Notes under the pieces: model-generated
Told to the model about the DNA's origin: nothing
The model's input: the letters and a program-made list of their open reading frames with translations, nothing else
Databases searched by the model: none
Assembly (NCBI GenBank): GCA_947595045.1
Contig: CANQEN010000003.1
Coordinates: 1-46,499 of the forward strand
Length of the DNA: 46,499 bases
From: an uncultured Bacilli bacterium
Lineage (GTDB): Bacteria > Bacillota_I > Bacilli_A > RF39 > UBA660
Direction: 5' to 3'
Part shown: positions 1 through 8,707 of the stretch, piece by piece
Layout: the number at the start of each line of letters is the position of its first letter
Position numbering within the stretch: position 1 is the stretch's first letter
Made by a program: the position numbers and the translations under genes

Positions 1-194
1 TAATAATATAGAATGGAGAAGTGATAAAATGTATATTAAGATGGGAGTTTGCTTATAATAAAAATAAGGAAAAGAATAAAATATAGTTGCACAAATAGTG
101 CAATTAAACTCAAAATATGTTGCAAGAATAGTGAGTAATATAAACAAGACATTTGTATTAAAATGAAAATGATAGATGTAGGAGGTACCATAAA

Positions 195-1559
195 ATGTTA
201 AAGAAAGATAATTATATCAAACAAGACAAAGGATTTACATTAATAGAGTTATTAGCCGTAATAGTAATATTAGCAATAATAGCACTAATAGTAACACCAA
301 TAATATTAAACATAATAAGTGAATCAAGAGATAAGTCAAATCAAAGAAGTGTAGAGGGATATCAGAAAGCAGTAGAATTAACAGTAGGAGAAATAATGGT
401 AGATGAAGACTATACCGGAGGAGATATTACTTGTAAGTTAGGTTCAAAAATGAGTGACACAGAAAAAGAATATATAACATCAGTATCAGATGATGAAACA
501 TATTGTTGGGATACAAAAGAAGGCAAAGCTACATCACGACAAGTAACATATAGTGGGAGTAGAGTAAAACCAGATAAGATACAAGTAAATATGGAAACAG
601 GAGAAATAGGAATAAAAGATGCGCAAGTAGGGAGTAGTAGTAAGAGATATTCAGTAGGAAATATTACTATGACAGCAGTAGATACAATAGAAGAATTATT
701 ATCATCTGGAGATACAGTAAAATCAGGTGATGGAGAAATATTTATAGATGACTATGGTAATATACGATATAGAGGAAAAGATCCAGATAACTATGTAGAG
801 TTCAATGATGAGACATGGCGAATTATAGGAATATTTGATGGACATATAAAACTAATTAGAGATGAGTCAATAGGGAACTTAGTATGGGATAGACAGAACA
901 CATGGGGATCAGGTGATTGGACGAATGCGGACTTAATGATATTGTTAAATCCAGAAGAAGATTATATGGAGACAACAAATTTTACAGAGTATAAGAGTTT
1001 GTATTGGAATAGAGAGAGTGGGGAGTGTTATAAGGATTTTGATGTTACAAAAGACTGTGATTTTACAGGAAGTAATGGTAATCAAAAAGGATTAAGTGTA
1101 GAGGCACAGAATATGATACAAAAAACAAAATGGTACTTAGGAGGATGGGATGATTTTAAAATATTAACGAAAGATATGTATATAAAAGAACGAGAAGTTG
1201 GTGAATATAAAGATTATCCATTAACATGGGACGGTCATGTAGGCTTGATGTATTTAAGTGATTATGGATACGCACCACAGGAAAGTTGTTCAAGTCAAGT
1301 AAACCTGAGTCAGTATGGGAGCTCTTCTGATTACTGGACCGGTTGTATAAGTTCAAATTGGTTGTTAAAAGGTGTAGATGAATGGATGATATCGACACAA
1401 ACTGATAAACAATTAACTACCTGGGTGAGTACTGGAAATTACTTCAGACATGCAAATCCAAGACTTGAAAAGGCTGTTCGGCCTGTCGTATTTCTAAACT
1501 CAAGTGTGAAAATAACAGGAGGAGAAGGGACATCAAGTGATAGGTATACCCTAGGATAA
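195..1559 (+). CDS. Prepilin-type N-terminal cleavage/methylation protein (type IV pilin-like) with large C-terminal extracellular domain ending in a VRPVVFL strand (DUF6273/C-type-lectin-like)
   Basis: Class III signal KG|FTLIELLAVIVILAIIALIV; RBS GGAGG at 181-185; C-terminal YVEFNDETWRIIG...VGLMYLSDYGYA...AVRPVVFL motifs. Confidence 0.8.
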   Translation: MLKKDNYIKQDKGFTLIELLAVIVILAIIALIVTPIILNIISESRDKSNQRSVEGYQKAVELTVGEIMVDEDYTGGDITCKLGSKMSDTEKEYITSVSDDETYCWDTKEGKATSRQVTYSGSRVKPDKIQVNMETGEIGIKDAQVGSSSKRYSVGNITMTAVDTIEELLSSGDTVKSGDGEIFIDDYGNIRYRGKDPDNYVEFNDETWRIIGIFDGHIKLIRDESIGNLVWDRQNTWGSGDWTNADLMILLNPEEDYMETTNFTEYKSLYWNRESGECYKDFDVTKDCDFTGSNGNQKGLSVEAQNMIQKTKWYLGGWDDFKILTKDMYIKEREVGEYKDYPLTWDGHVGLMYLSDYGYAPQESCSSQVNLSQYGSSSDYWTGCISSNWLLKGVDEWMISTQTDKQLTTWVSTGNYFRHANPRLEKAVRPVVFLNSSVKITGGEGTSSDRYTLG

Positions 1560-1629
1560 AAGATGGTTAAATATACGTATTTGCCTATTGACTGAAGGAC
1601 TAGTAAAGACTTAAATGTTTTTACTAGTG

Positions 1630-1678
1630 TTTTGTATTATAAAAGTGTAATTATTTATTACACTTTTATAATACAAAA
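1630..1678. terminator. Perfect 22-bp inverted repeat with 5-nt loop; probable bidirectional terminator, preceded by a second imperfect hairpin at about 1599-1628
   Basis: ttttgtattataaaagtgtaat (1630-1651) / attacacttttataatacaaaa (1657-1678). Confidence 0.65.
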
Positions 1679-1729
1679 AAAGAATTTCTTATTTTTATTT
1701 TTTAAGGTAAATTAAGTCTAGTAACTTAC

Positions 1730-1758
1730 TTGAAAAATAGGTGCTTATAAGTTATAAT
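1730..1758 (+). promoter_or_regulatory. Sigma-A-type promoter of the ybeY operon
   Basis: TTGAAA-17 nt-TATAAT just upstream of ybeY. Confidence 0.65.
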
Positions 1759-1778
1759 TAATTAGTAGGGTGGTTAAT

Positions 1779-2225
1779 ATGAATGAGGTAACATTAATTA
1801 ATAATACAAATGATAAAATTGATGAATTAGTTGAGATAGATAAGTTTATTGATTTTGTATTGGAAAGACAGCACTTAAATAATGTTTTATTCAATGTTAT
1901 TATCGTTGATAATAAGAAAATTCATGAATTAAATAAGCAATATAGAGGTATAGATCGACCTACTGATGTAATTAGTTTTGCATTAGAAGATAATAAAGAT
2001 GGTAATATTTTTCCTGTTAGGGTTTTAGGTGATGTTTATATATCAATTGATAAGGCTAGGGAGCAGGCAATAACTTATGGGCATAGCTTACTTAGAGAGT
2101 TATCGTTTTTAACTATTCATGGAATATTACATCTATTGGGGTATGATCATATGAATGTAGAAGATGAAAAAGAAATGTTTTCTTTACAGGAGTTGATATT
2201 AAGTGAATATGGAATCAACAGATAA
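1779..2225 (+). CDS. ybeY: rRNA maturation endoribonuclease YbeY
   Basis: RGIDRPTDVISF and HGILHLLGYDH metal-binding motifs; start of the ybeY-dgkA-cdd-era cluster (alternative GTG start at 1770). Confidence 0.96.
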   Translation: MNEVTLINNTNDKIDELVEIDKFIDFVLERQHLNNVLFNVIIVDNKKIHELNKQYRGIDRPTDVISFALEDNKDGNIFPVRVLGDVYISIDKAREQAITYGHSLLRELSFLTIHGILHLLGYDHMNVEDEKEMFSLQELILSEYGINR

Positions 2226-2613
2226 AAATAAAAAGAAAGACTTTAAATTTAAAAGTTTAATTAAGGTTATTGGATATTCAATTGATGGTTTAAAACATTT
2301 TTATCGGTATGAACGAAGTGCTATTATCCATTTAGTAGCAGCTATATTATTAATAGGTGGTAGTGTTTCTCTTAATTTAACTACTATTGAATGGTTATTT
2401 ATTATTTTTATTTTAGTAACTATTTTAGCTATGGAATTAATTAATACAGCTATAGAGGCTGTTTGCGATTTAGTTAGTCCTGAATATAATCCTTTAGTTA
2501 AAATAGCTAAAGATTGTGCGAGTGCTGCTACTTTTGTGTTATCTTGTGCTCTTATGTGCTCTTTTATAGTAATTTATGTTCCTAAATTATTACGTATTAT
2601 AGGAATAGGATAG
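2209..2613 (+). CDS. dgkA: Diacylglycerol/undecaprenol kinase
   Basis: ELINTAIEAVCDLV...KIAKD motif, three hydrophobic helices, synteny. Confidence 0.93.
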   Translation: MESTDKNKKKDFKFKSLIKVIGYSIDGLKHFYRYERSAIIHLVAAILLIGGSVSLNLTTIEWLFIIFILVTILAMELINTAIEAVCDLVSPEYNPLVKIAKDCASAATFVLSCALMCSFIVIYVPKLLRIIGIG

Positions 2614-2621
2614 GTGAATAA

Positions 2622-3026
2622 ATGAAGGATAAATTAAAAACATTATTAAAGAATAGTTATAGTCCTTATTCTCATTTTAGAGTAGCGGCTATTGCTGTTA
2701 TGAAAGATGGTAATGAGTTTAATGGTGTCAATGTAGAAAATGCTTCGTATGGAGATAGTATATGTGCAGAGAGAAGTGCTATTTTAAATGCTATTAGTGC
2801 TGGTTATCATAAATATGATTTTGATAAATTATATATTATGTGTGATAGTTCAAAAGTTGGTATGCCTTGTTTTGCTTGTAGAACGGTTATTAATGAATTA
2901 CTAGAGAAAGATTGTTCTATTATTTGTATGAATCCTAGTGGTGATACTGAAATTCACACTGTTAAGGAATTATGTCCATATCCTTTTAATGAAGAAGACT
3001 TGCGACATGGAGGAGATAATGCATAG
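2622..3026 (+). CDS. cdd: Cytidine deaminase
   Basis: SPYSHFRVAA, NVENASYG, CAE and PCxxC zinc motifs. Confidence 0.96.
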   Translation: MKDKLKTLLKNSYSPYSHFRVAAIAVMKDGNEFNGVNVENASYGDSICAERSAILNAISAGYHKYDFDKLYIMCDSSKVGMPCFACRTVINELLEKDCSIICMNPSGDTEIHTVKELCPYPFNEEDLRHGGDNA

Positions 3027-3909
3027 TGGTTTTGTTGGACTAATTGGAAGACCTAATGTTGGGAAATCGACCCTTATTAATAGTATTGTTGGTGCTAAAG
3101 TAGCCATTACTTCATCTAAACCTCAAACTACTAGAAATATTATTCAAGGTATTTATAATGATTCTGATACTCAAATTGTTTTTGTTGATACACCTGGTAT
3201 ACATAAACCTAATGATCGTTTAGGTGAGGTACTTAATAAACAAGCTTATTATAGTATTGAAGATACTGATATTATACTATTATTAACGGATATAAAAACG
3301 AAAATGGGTAAAGGAGATTTATTCGTTTTAGATAAATTAAGAGATACAAATAAACCGGTTATTTTAGTTATTAATAAAATAGATAGTGTCACTAAAGAAG
3401 ATATATTGAATAAAATATTAGAGTTTAAAGATTTATTTCCTTTTACTGAGATTGTTCCTGTATCAGCTTTAAAACATAAAAATATTAATGAATTAATTAG
3501 TGTAATAAAAAAATATTTACCTGATCAAATTAAATATTATGGTGATAATGAAATCACTAATCGTAGTTTAGATTTTATTATGGCTGAGATAGTACGTGAG
3601 AAAGTATTCATATTAACTAAAGAAGAAGTACCACATGCTGTAACTTGTGTAACTGAAAGAGTAGAGGTAAGTAAGACTAGTTATAAGATTTATATTAGTA
3701 TTATTGTAGATAGAGATTCATTAAAGAAAATAATTATTGGCTCTAATGGTAGTATGATTAAAGATATTGGATCAAAAGCTAGGAAAGACTTGGAGACTTT
3801 ATTAAAACGTAAAGTATATTTAGATTTAAGGGTTAAAACTGTTAAAAAATGGCGAGATCAAGAACGATATTTAGCTGAATATGGATTTAATGATTTTGAA
3901 AGTGAATAA
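3019..3909 (+). CDS. era: GTPase Era
   Basis: GRPNVGKST, DTPG, NKID and KH domain (IIIGSNGSMIK); ATG 3019 follows GGAGGAG RBS, so the ORF-track start at 2938 is too long. Confidence 0.97.
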   Translation: MHSGFVGLIGRPNVGKSTLINSIVGAKVAITSSKPQTTRNIIQGIYNDSDTQIVFVDTPGIHKPNDRLGEVLNKQAYYSIEDTDIILLLTDIKTKMGKGDLFVLDKLRDTNKPVILVINKIDSVTKEDILNKILEFKDLFPFTEIVPVSALKHKNINELISVIKKYLPDQIKYYGDNEITNRSLDFIMAEIVREKVFILTKEEVPHAVTCVTERVEVSKTSYKIYISIIVDRDSLKKIIIGSNGSMIKDIGSKARKDLETLLKRKVYLDLRVKTVKKWRDQERYLAEYGFNDFESE

Positions 3910-3948
3910 AAATAATCTTTAAGTTACATTATTATGGTAGGTGATACT

Positions 3949-4068
3949 ATGAAAGAATTGTTATGGGATTTATTTATTCATACTGGAAAAATTGAATATT
4001 ATTTAAAATATAGAGAGGTATTAAGAGGTGAGGCTAGTAGTGGATGTGATAGTAGGCAAGACATATAG
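3949..4068 (+). CDS. yqzL: YqzL-family small protein (39 aa; absent from the ORF track)
   Basis: Own translation MKELLWDLFIHTGKIEYYLKYREVLRGEASSGCDSRQDI; WxxFxxTGxIxxYLxY pattern, AGGTGA RBS, position between era and recO as in Bacillus. Confidence 0.8.
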   Translation: MKELLWDLFIHTGKIEYYLKYREVLRGEASSGCDSRQDI

Positions 4069-4282
4069 GCATTTTAGTGGTAATTATTATCGTGTTATTT
4101 GTATAGCTAATGATTCTACAACTAAAATAGATGGTGAAAATAGGCAGATTGTGGTGTATGAAGCTTTAGATAACACCCATAAAGTATGGACTAGACCTTT
4201 AAATCTATTTATAGAAAAAGTAGATAAACAAAAGTTTCCTGATGCTATGCAAGAATATAAGTTTGAATTAGTAGAGGGATGA
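4040..4282 (+). CDS. DUF1653 domain protein
   Basis: YRHFSGNYY...VVYEAL...WTRPLNLF...QEYKFE; GTG 4040 follows a GAGG RBS (ORF-track start 4028). Confidence 0.85.
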   Translation: MDVIVGKTYRHFSGNYYRVICIANDSTTKIDGENRQIVVYEALDNTHKVWTRPLNLFIEKVDKQKFPDAMQEYKFELVEG

Positions 4283-4286
4283 TTAT

Positions 4287-4511
4287 ATGGAAGTAAAAGT
4301 TGGACAGATATATAAACATTTTAAAGGAACTTATCATAAAATAATAGCTATAGCTCGTCATTCTGAAACAGGAGAAGAGTTAGTAATATATACTCATGGT
4401 GATAAGATATGGGCTAGACCAATTACTATGTTTTTATCTAGAGTAGACCATGATAAATATCCTGATATTAAACAAGAATATCGTTTTGAATTGGTGAAGA
4501 ATTGTGACTGA
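4287..4511 (+). CDS. DUF1653 domain protein (second tandem copy)
   Basis: YKHFKG...ARHSETGEELVIY...WARPITMF...QEYRFE. Confidence 0.88.
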   Translation: MEVKVGQIYKHFKGTYHKIIAIARHSETGEELVIYTHGDKIWARPITMFLSRVDHDKYPDIKQEYRFELVKNCD

Positions 4512-5235
4512 AGAAGTAGTGGGTATTGTTTTAAGAGAAAAAGCTTATGGTGATACTAGTAAGATAATTGATCTATTAACACGAGAATATGGTATAATAG
4601 GGGTTATAGTAAAAGGTTGTAAATCAATGAAAAGCTCATTACGTAGTGTGACTGGTAAGTTGTGTTATGGACATTTTAATATTTATTATAAAGAAAATAA
4701 GCTTTCTCTTTTAAAAGATGTAGCTTTAATATCATCTTTTAGAAATATTCAAAAAGATATTGAGAAAATTAGTTATGCAACTTATTTATTAGATTTAGCA
4801 GAACAAGTAGCTAAACAGAGTAAAAGTAATTTATTATTTGATATTTTAATAGATGGTTTAACTAAAATTGATGATCAGTATGATCCTATGGTTATTTTAA
4901 ACATTATTGAGTTAAAATATTTATCTTTTTTAGGGGTTTTACCTATTTTAGATAGTTGTGCTGTATGTGGTAGTAAAGAGGGTATTGTTACTTTATCTAG
5001 TGATAAGGGTGGATATATATGTAGTAACTGTAGAACTTGTGAGCCTCTAATTAGTACAAAAGCTATTAAATTGATTAGATTATATTATTATGTTGATATA
5101 GGTAAAATTGAGAAATTAAATGTTAGTAATAATGTTAAATTAGAAATAAACAATTTTTTAAATAGTTATTATGATAGGTATACAGGTATTTATTTAAAGA
5201 CAAAATCATTTTTAAATAATATTATTCATTTATAA
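4504..5235 (+). CDS. recO: DNA repair protein RecO
   Basis: N-terminal OB fold (GIVLREKAYGDTSKII), CxxC...CxxC zinc finger, synteny after era. Confidence 0.94.
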   Translation: MTEEVVGIVLREKAYGDTSKIIDLLTREYGIIGVIVKGCKSMKSSLRSVTGKLCYGHFNIYYKENKLSLLKDVALISSFRNIQKDIEKISYATYLLDLAEQVAKQSKSNLLFDILIDGLTKIDDQYDPMVILNIIELKYLSFLGVLPILDSCAVCGSKEGIVTLSSDKGGYICSNCRTCEPLISTKAIKLIRLYYYVDIGKIEKLNVSNNVKLEINNFLNSYYDRYTGIYLKTKSFLNNIIHL

Positions 5236-5251
5236 AAGGAGGTTGATTGAA

Positions 5252-6241
5252 TTGAATAATATCGATGAGATGGAAAATATGGATGTATCAGAAATTAAAG
5301 TGGAAAAAGAATTAAATATTGTGTTTATGGGAACACCCAGTTTTGCCACTCCAATTTTACAAACTTTATTGGATAATTACAATGTAAGAGCAGTTGTTAC
5401 TCAACCAGATAAACCAGTAGGACGTTCGGGAGAAGTAGTACCATCAGCAGTTAAAAAGTTAGCTTTAGAACATAACTTGCTTGTATTGCAACCTAAGAAT
5501 ATGAAAGCAGAATATAAGGAAGTTTTAGCTCTTGAACCAGATATTATTATAACTTGTGCCTATGGTCAAATTTTACCTCAAGAATTATTAGCTTATCCAC
5601 GTTATGGCTGTATCAATGTACATGCTTCTCTTTTACCTAAATTAAGGGGTGGAGCTCCTATCCATAGAGCTATTATGAATGGTTATAATAAAACAGGCAT
5701 TACTATTATGTATATGAATGAGGGATTAGATAGTGGAGATATCATTGCTCAGGAAGAAGTTATAATTGAAGATAATGATACAGCCTCTACATTACACAAT
5801 AAATTAAAGGTTATAGGAGGTCCTCTATTATTAAAAGTATTACCAAATATTTTTAATGATACTGTTAATCGAATTAAGCAAAATGATGATGAGGCTACCT
5901 TTGCTTCTAATATTAAACCAGAAGATGAAAAGATTAATTTTGAACGATCAAAGAGGGAGATATATAATCAAATTAGAGGATTGAACGGTTGGCCAGGAGC
6001 CTACTGCTTTATTGGTGGGAAACGGCTTAAAATATGGTCAGCATATGTAACTGATAATGTATTTCCCGAGAAACTATATGGTGAAGTAACAGAATTGTAT
6101 AAAGATGGTTTCGGTATAAAAGTAGGTAACGGGGAAATTGTAGTTACAGAAGTACAGTTAGAAGGTAAAGCTAGAATGAAAGCTATAAATTTTTTAAATG
6201 GTATTGATAAGAATAGTTTTGTTGGTAAAGTTTTAGGATAA
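5252..6241 (+). CDS. fmt: Methionyl-tRNA formyltransferase
   Basis: IVFMGTPSFA, VTQPDKPVGR, INVHASLLPKLRGGAPI; in-frame TTG 5252 is 9 nt after AGGAGG. Confidence 0.96.
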   Translation: MNNIDEMENMDVSEIKVEKELNIVFMGTPSFATPILQTLLDNYNVRAVVTQPDKPVGRSGEVVPSAVKKLALEHNLLVLQPKNMKAEYKEVLALEPDIIITCAYGQILPQELLAYPRYGCINVHASLLPKLRGGAPIHRAIMNGYNKTGITIMYMNEGLDSGDIIAQEEVIIEDNDTASTLHNKLKVIGGPLLLKVLPNIFNDTVNRIKQNDDEATFASNIKPEDEKINFERSKREIYNQIRGLNGWPGAYCFIGGKRLKIWSAYVTDNVFPEKLYGEVTELYKDGFGIKVGNGEIVVTEVQLEGKARMKAINFLNGIDKNSFVGKVLG

Positions 6242-6245
6242 AAAA

Positions 6246-6932
6246 ATGAAAGAATCAATTGAAACAATAAAAAGATTATGGCAGAATCCTCGCTATAAGT
6301 CATTAATCAAATTAGGGTTTTGGTTAGTCTTTTTTTCTATTGTTATTTTAATGATACGAGGAGCTAATCAAATGAGTAATTATTCTAATAATAGTGATAT
6401 TAGTACTCAATCAGATAAAGTAAAGGATTTAGCTAATTATCAAAATTATGAGTTTACTATTACTATAACTGATAGTAATAATTTAATTACTAAGTTAGTA
6501 GGTACTTATTATCAAAATAAGCATTATTTTACTTGTAATGATAAAACATATTACTATGATGGTAAAACTTTATATGAAGTAGATGAGTTAAATCATAATT
6601 TAGTAAAAATTGATATTGTACCTTGGCAGTTAATACTATATGTATGGGATCATACTATTATTGATGATTATATTAGTCAGGCTATACCAGATTCAGAGAC
6701 TACTTATAATGATGGTAATACAGTTAATAAATATCATTACGATACAGAGTCAGATATTTTATTTGTAAAAGATATATCAACTAATAAGAGTAATGGTATT
6801 ATAAATAGGATTGAAATGAATATACAACAAGATACTTTATACAATGTAATAATTGATTATCAACATATTAATAATATTGCTAGTTTTAATATAGATTATA
6901 GTAATTTTAATATAATTGAAAAGAGTGATTAG
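6246..6932 (+). CDS. Hypothetical protein with single N-terminal membrane anchor
   Basis: 228-aa ORF; hydrophobic LGFWLVFFSIVILMI; abuts both fmt and murE1. Confidence 0.7.
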   Translation: MKESIETIKRLWQNPRYKSLIKLGFWLVFFSIVILMIRGANQMSNYSNNSDISTQSDKVKDLANYQNYEFTITITDSNNLITKLVGTYYQNKHYFTCNDKTYYYDGKTLYEVDELNHNLVKIDIVPWQLILYVWDHTIIDDYISQAIPDSETTYNDGNTVNKYHYDTESDILFVKDISTNKSNGIINRIEMNIQQDTLYNVIIDYQHINNIASFNIDYSNFNIIEKSD

Positions 6933-8297
6933 ATGATTAATATAAAAACTGATTCTAGAAAAATTAAACCAGGTGATACTTTTGTAGCTTTAAGAGGTAT
7001 TGATGGAGATGGTCATAATTATATAGAAACAGCTATTAAAAATGGAGCAACTAAAATTATTGCTGAGGAGGGTGCGTATAGTGTTGAAACTATTATTGTA
7101 CCGGATTCTAGAGAATATTTATTAGAGTTATTATCTAATCAATATAAAGAATATTTAGATGAGATGACTTTTATTGGTATTACAGGAACCAATGGCAAGA
7201 CCACAACAGCCTATTTAATTTATCAAGCTTGTAATTTATTAGACAGAAAATGTGCTTATATTGGTACTATAGGCTTTTATATGGATTGTAAAATATGTAA
7301 TTTAGCTAATACTAGTCCTGATATATGTGATTTATATGATATGATTATGGACTGCTATGAATCAGGATATAAGACTATTGTATTAGAAGCTAGTAGTCAA
7401 GGTCTAGCATACAATAGATTAGCTACTTTAACTTTTGATTATGCTATATTTACTAATTTAACACCGGAGCATTTAGATTATCATAAATCGATGCATAATT
7501 ATGCTTTAGCTAAACAAAAGCTATTTAAACAATTAAAGAAAGATGGAGTTAGTATTGTTAATATAGATGATCCTTATTATTCTTACTATATCAATAATAA
7601 TACTATTACATATGGTTTTAATTCAGGTGATTATCGGGTAACTGATTATCAATTAAATCTTAATGGTATTGATTTTGTTATTAATTATAAATACCATGTG
7701 AAACTTAATATATTAGGAAAATATAATATATATAATGCTTTAGTTACTTTTATTGTGTTACAAAAATTAGCTTTTAGTGATGATAAAATAATTAGGGCTA
7801 TTGGTAAATTAAAACCACCTGATGGAAGAATGGATATTATTTCTTATCGTTCTAATAGTATTATTATTGATTATGCCCATACTCCTGATGCGATGGAAAA
7901 TGTTATTGATACCATAAAAGAAATACAACATCGTCATTTATATATTATATTTGGTTGTACTGGTAATCGTGATCGTTTAAAGAGACCTATTATGATGAAC
8001 ATAGCTTTAAATAATGCTGATTACGTTATTGTAACTAGTGATGATTTACATTATGAACCATTTGGTCACATTGTGAATGATATGCAAAAGGGTATAACCA
8101 AAACCAATTATGAAATTATTCAAGATCGCAAATTAGCTATAGAAAAGGGTATTTCCCTATTAAAAGAACAGGATATTATATTAATATTAGGTAAAGGTCA
8201 TGAAGAAGCATTAATAATAGGTAATAAAAAAATACCTTTTAAGGATCACAAAGTAGTATTAGATATTTTAAATTATAATTATACAATGGAAATGTAA
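6933..8297 (+). CDS. murE: MurE-family UDP-MurNAc-tripeptide ligase, paralog 1 (atypical DDLH motif)
   Basis: DSRK, GITGTNGKTT, EASSQ, FTNLTPEHLDYH, GRM, DYAHTPDA, LGKGHE; SDDLHYE where DNPR normally lies. Confidence 0.9.
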   Translation: MINIKTDSRKIKPGDTFVALRGIDGDGHNYIETAIKNGATKIIAEEGAYSVETIIVPDSREYLLELLSNQYKEYLDEMTFIGITGTNGKTTTAYLIYQACNLLDRKCAYIGTIGFYMDCKICNLANTSPDICDLYDMIMDCYESGYKTIVLEASSQGLAYNRLATLTFDYAIFTNLTPEHLDYHKSMHNYALAKQKLFKQLKKDGVSIVNIDDPYYSYYINNNTITYGFNSGDYRVTDYQLNLNGIDFVINYKYHVKLNILGKYNIYNALVTFIVLQKLAFSDDKIIRAIGKLKPPDGRMDIISYRSNSIIIDYAHTPDAMENVIDTIKEIQHRHLYIIFGCTGNRDRLKRPIMMNIALNNADYVIVTSDDLHYEPFGHIVNDMQKGITKTNYEIIQDRKLAIEKGISLLKEQDIILILGKGHEEALIIGNKKIPFKDHKVVLDILNYNYTMEM

Positions 8298-8317
8298 ATA
8301 AAAAGTTATATTTCTAT

Positions 8318-8345
8318 TTTACTTTAAAGGATAATTTGATATAAT
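8318..8345 (+). promoter_or_regulatory. Sigma-A-type promoter (extended -10) for the DUF4176-toxin-immunity cassette
   Basis: TTTACT-16 nt-TATAAT with TG at the extended position (TGaTATAAT). Confidence 0.55.
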
Positions 8346-8378
8346 TAAAGAGAATAAAAGATAGGAGAGAAAATATAT

Positions 8379-8690
8379 ATGGGAGAGAAATATTTACCAA
8401 TAGGAACAGTAGTAATGTTAAAAGGTGGAAAAAAAAGAATAATGATAACAGGATTTTGTGTAGTGGATAATAATGACAATAAAAAGATATATGATTATTG
8501 TGGATGTCTATATCCAGAGGGATTTTTAGATTCAACTAAGAATTTGCTATTTAATCATGACCAAATAGCAAATATCTATTTTAAAGGATATGTAGATGAG
8601 GAAGAAAAAACTTTTAAACAAAATTTAAAGAAAGTATTAGAAGAAATGAATAATAATCAAAATAGTTCAGATGTAATCAAATTTGATTAA
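8379..8690 (+). CDS. DUF4176 family protein (T7SSb effector-associated accessory protein/chaperone)
   Basis: LPIGTVVMLKGG..RIMITG...YDYCGCLYPEG...FNHDQI..IYFKGYVDEEE signature; AGGAG RBS. Confidence 0.9.
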   Translation: MGEKYLPIGTVVMLKGGKKRIMITGFCVVDNNDNKKIYDYCGCLYPEGFLDSTKNLLFNHDQIANIYFKGYVDEEEKTFKQNLKKVLEEMNNNQNSSDVIKFD

Positions 8691-8707
8691 TAAAGTGATG
8701 TGATAAA

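Noticed and set aside
195-1678. Complete DGR within the window
   Set aside because: No reverse transcriptase, Avd-like gene or template repeat found by eye; kept only as a remote-target hypothesis.
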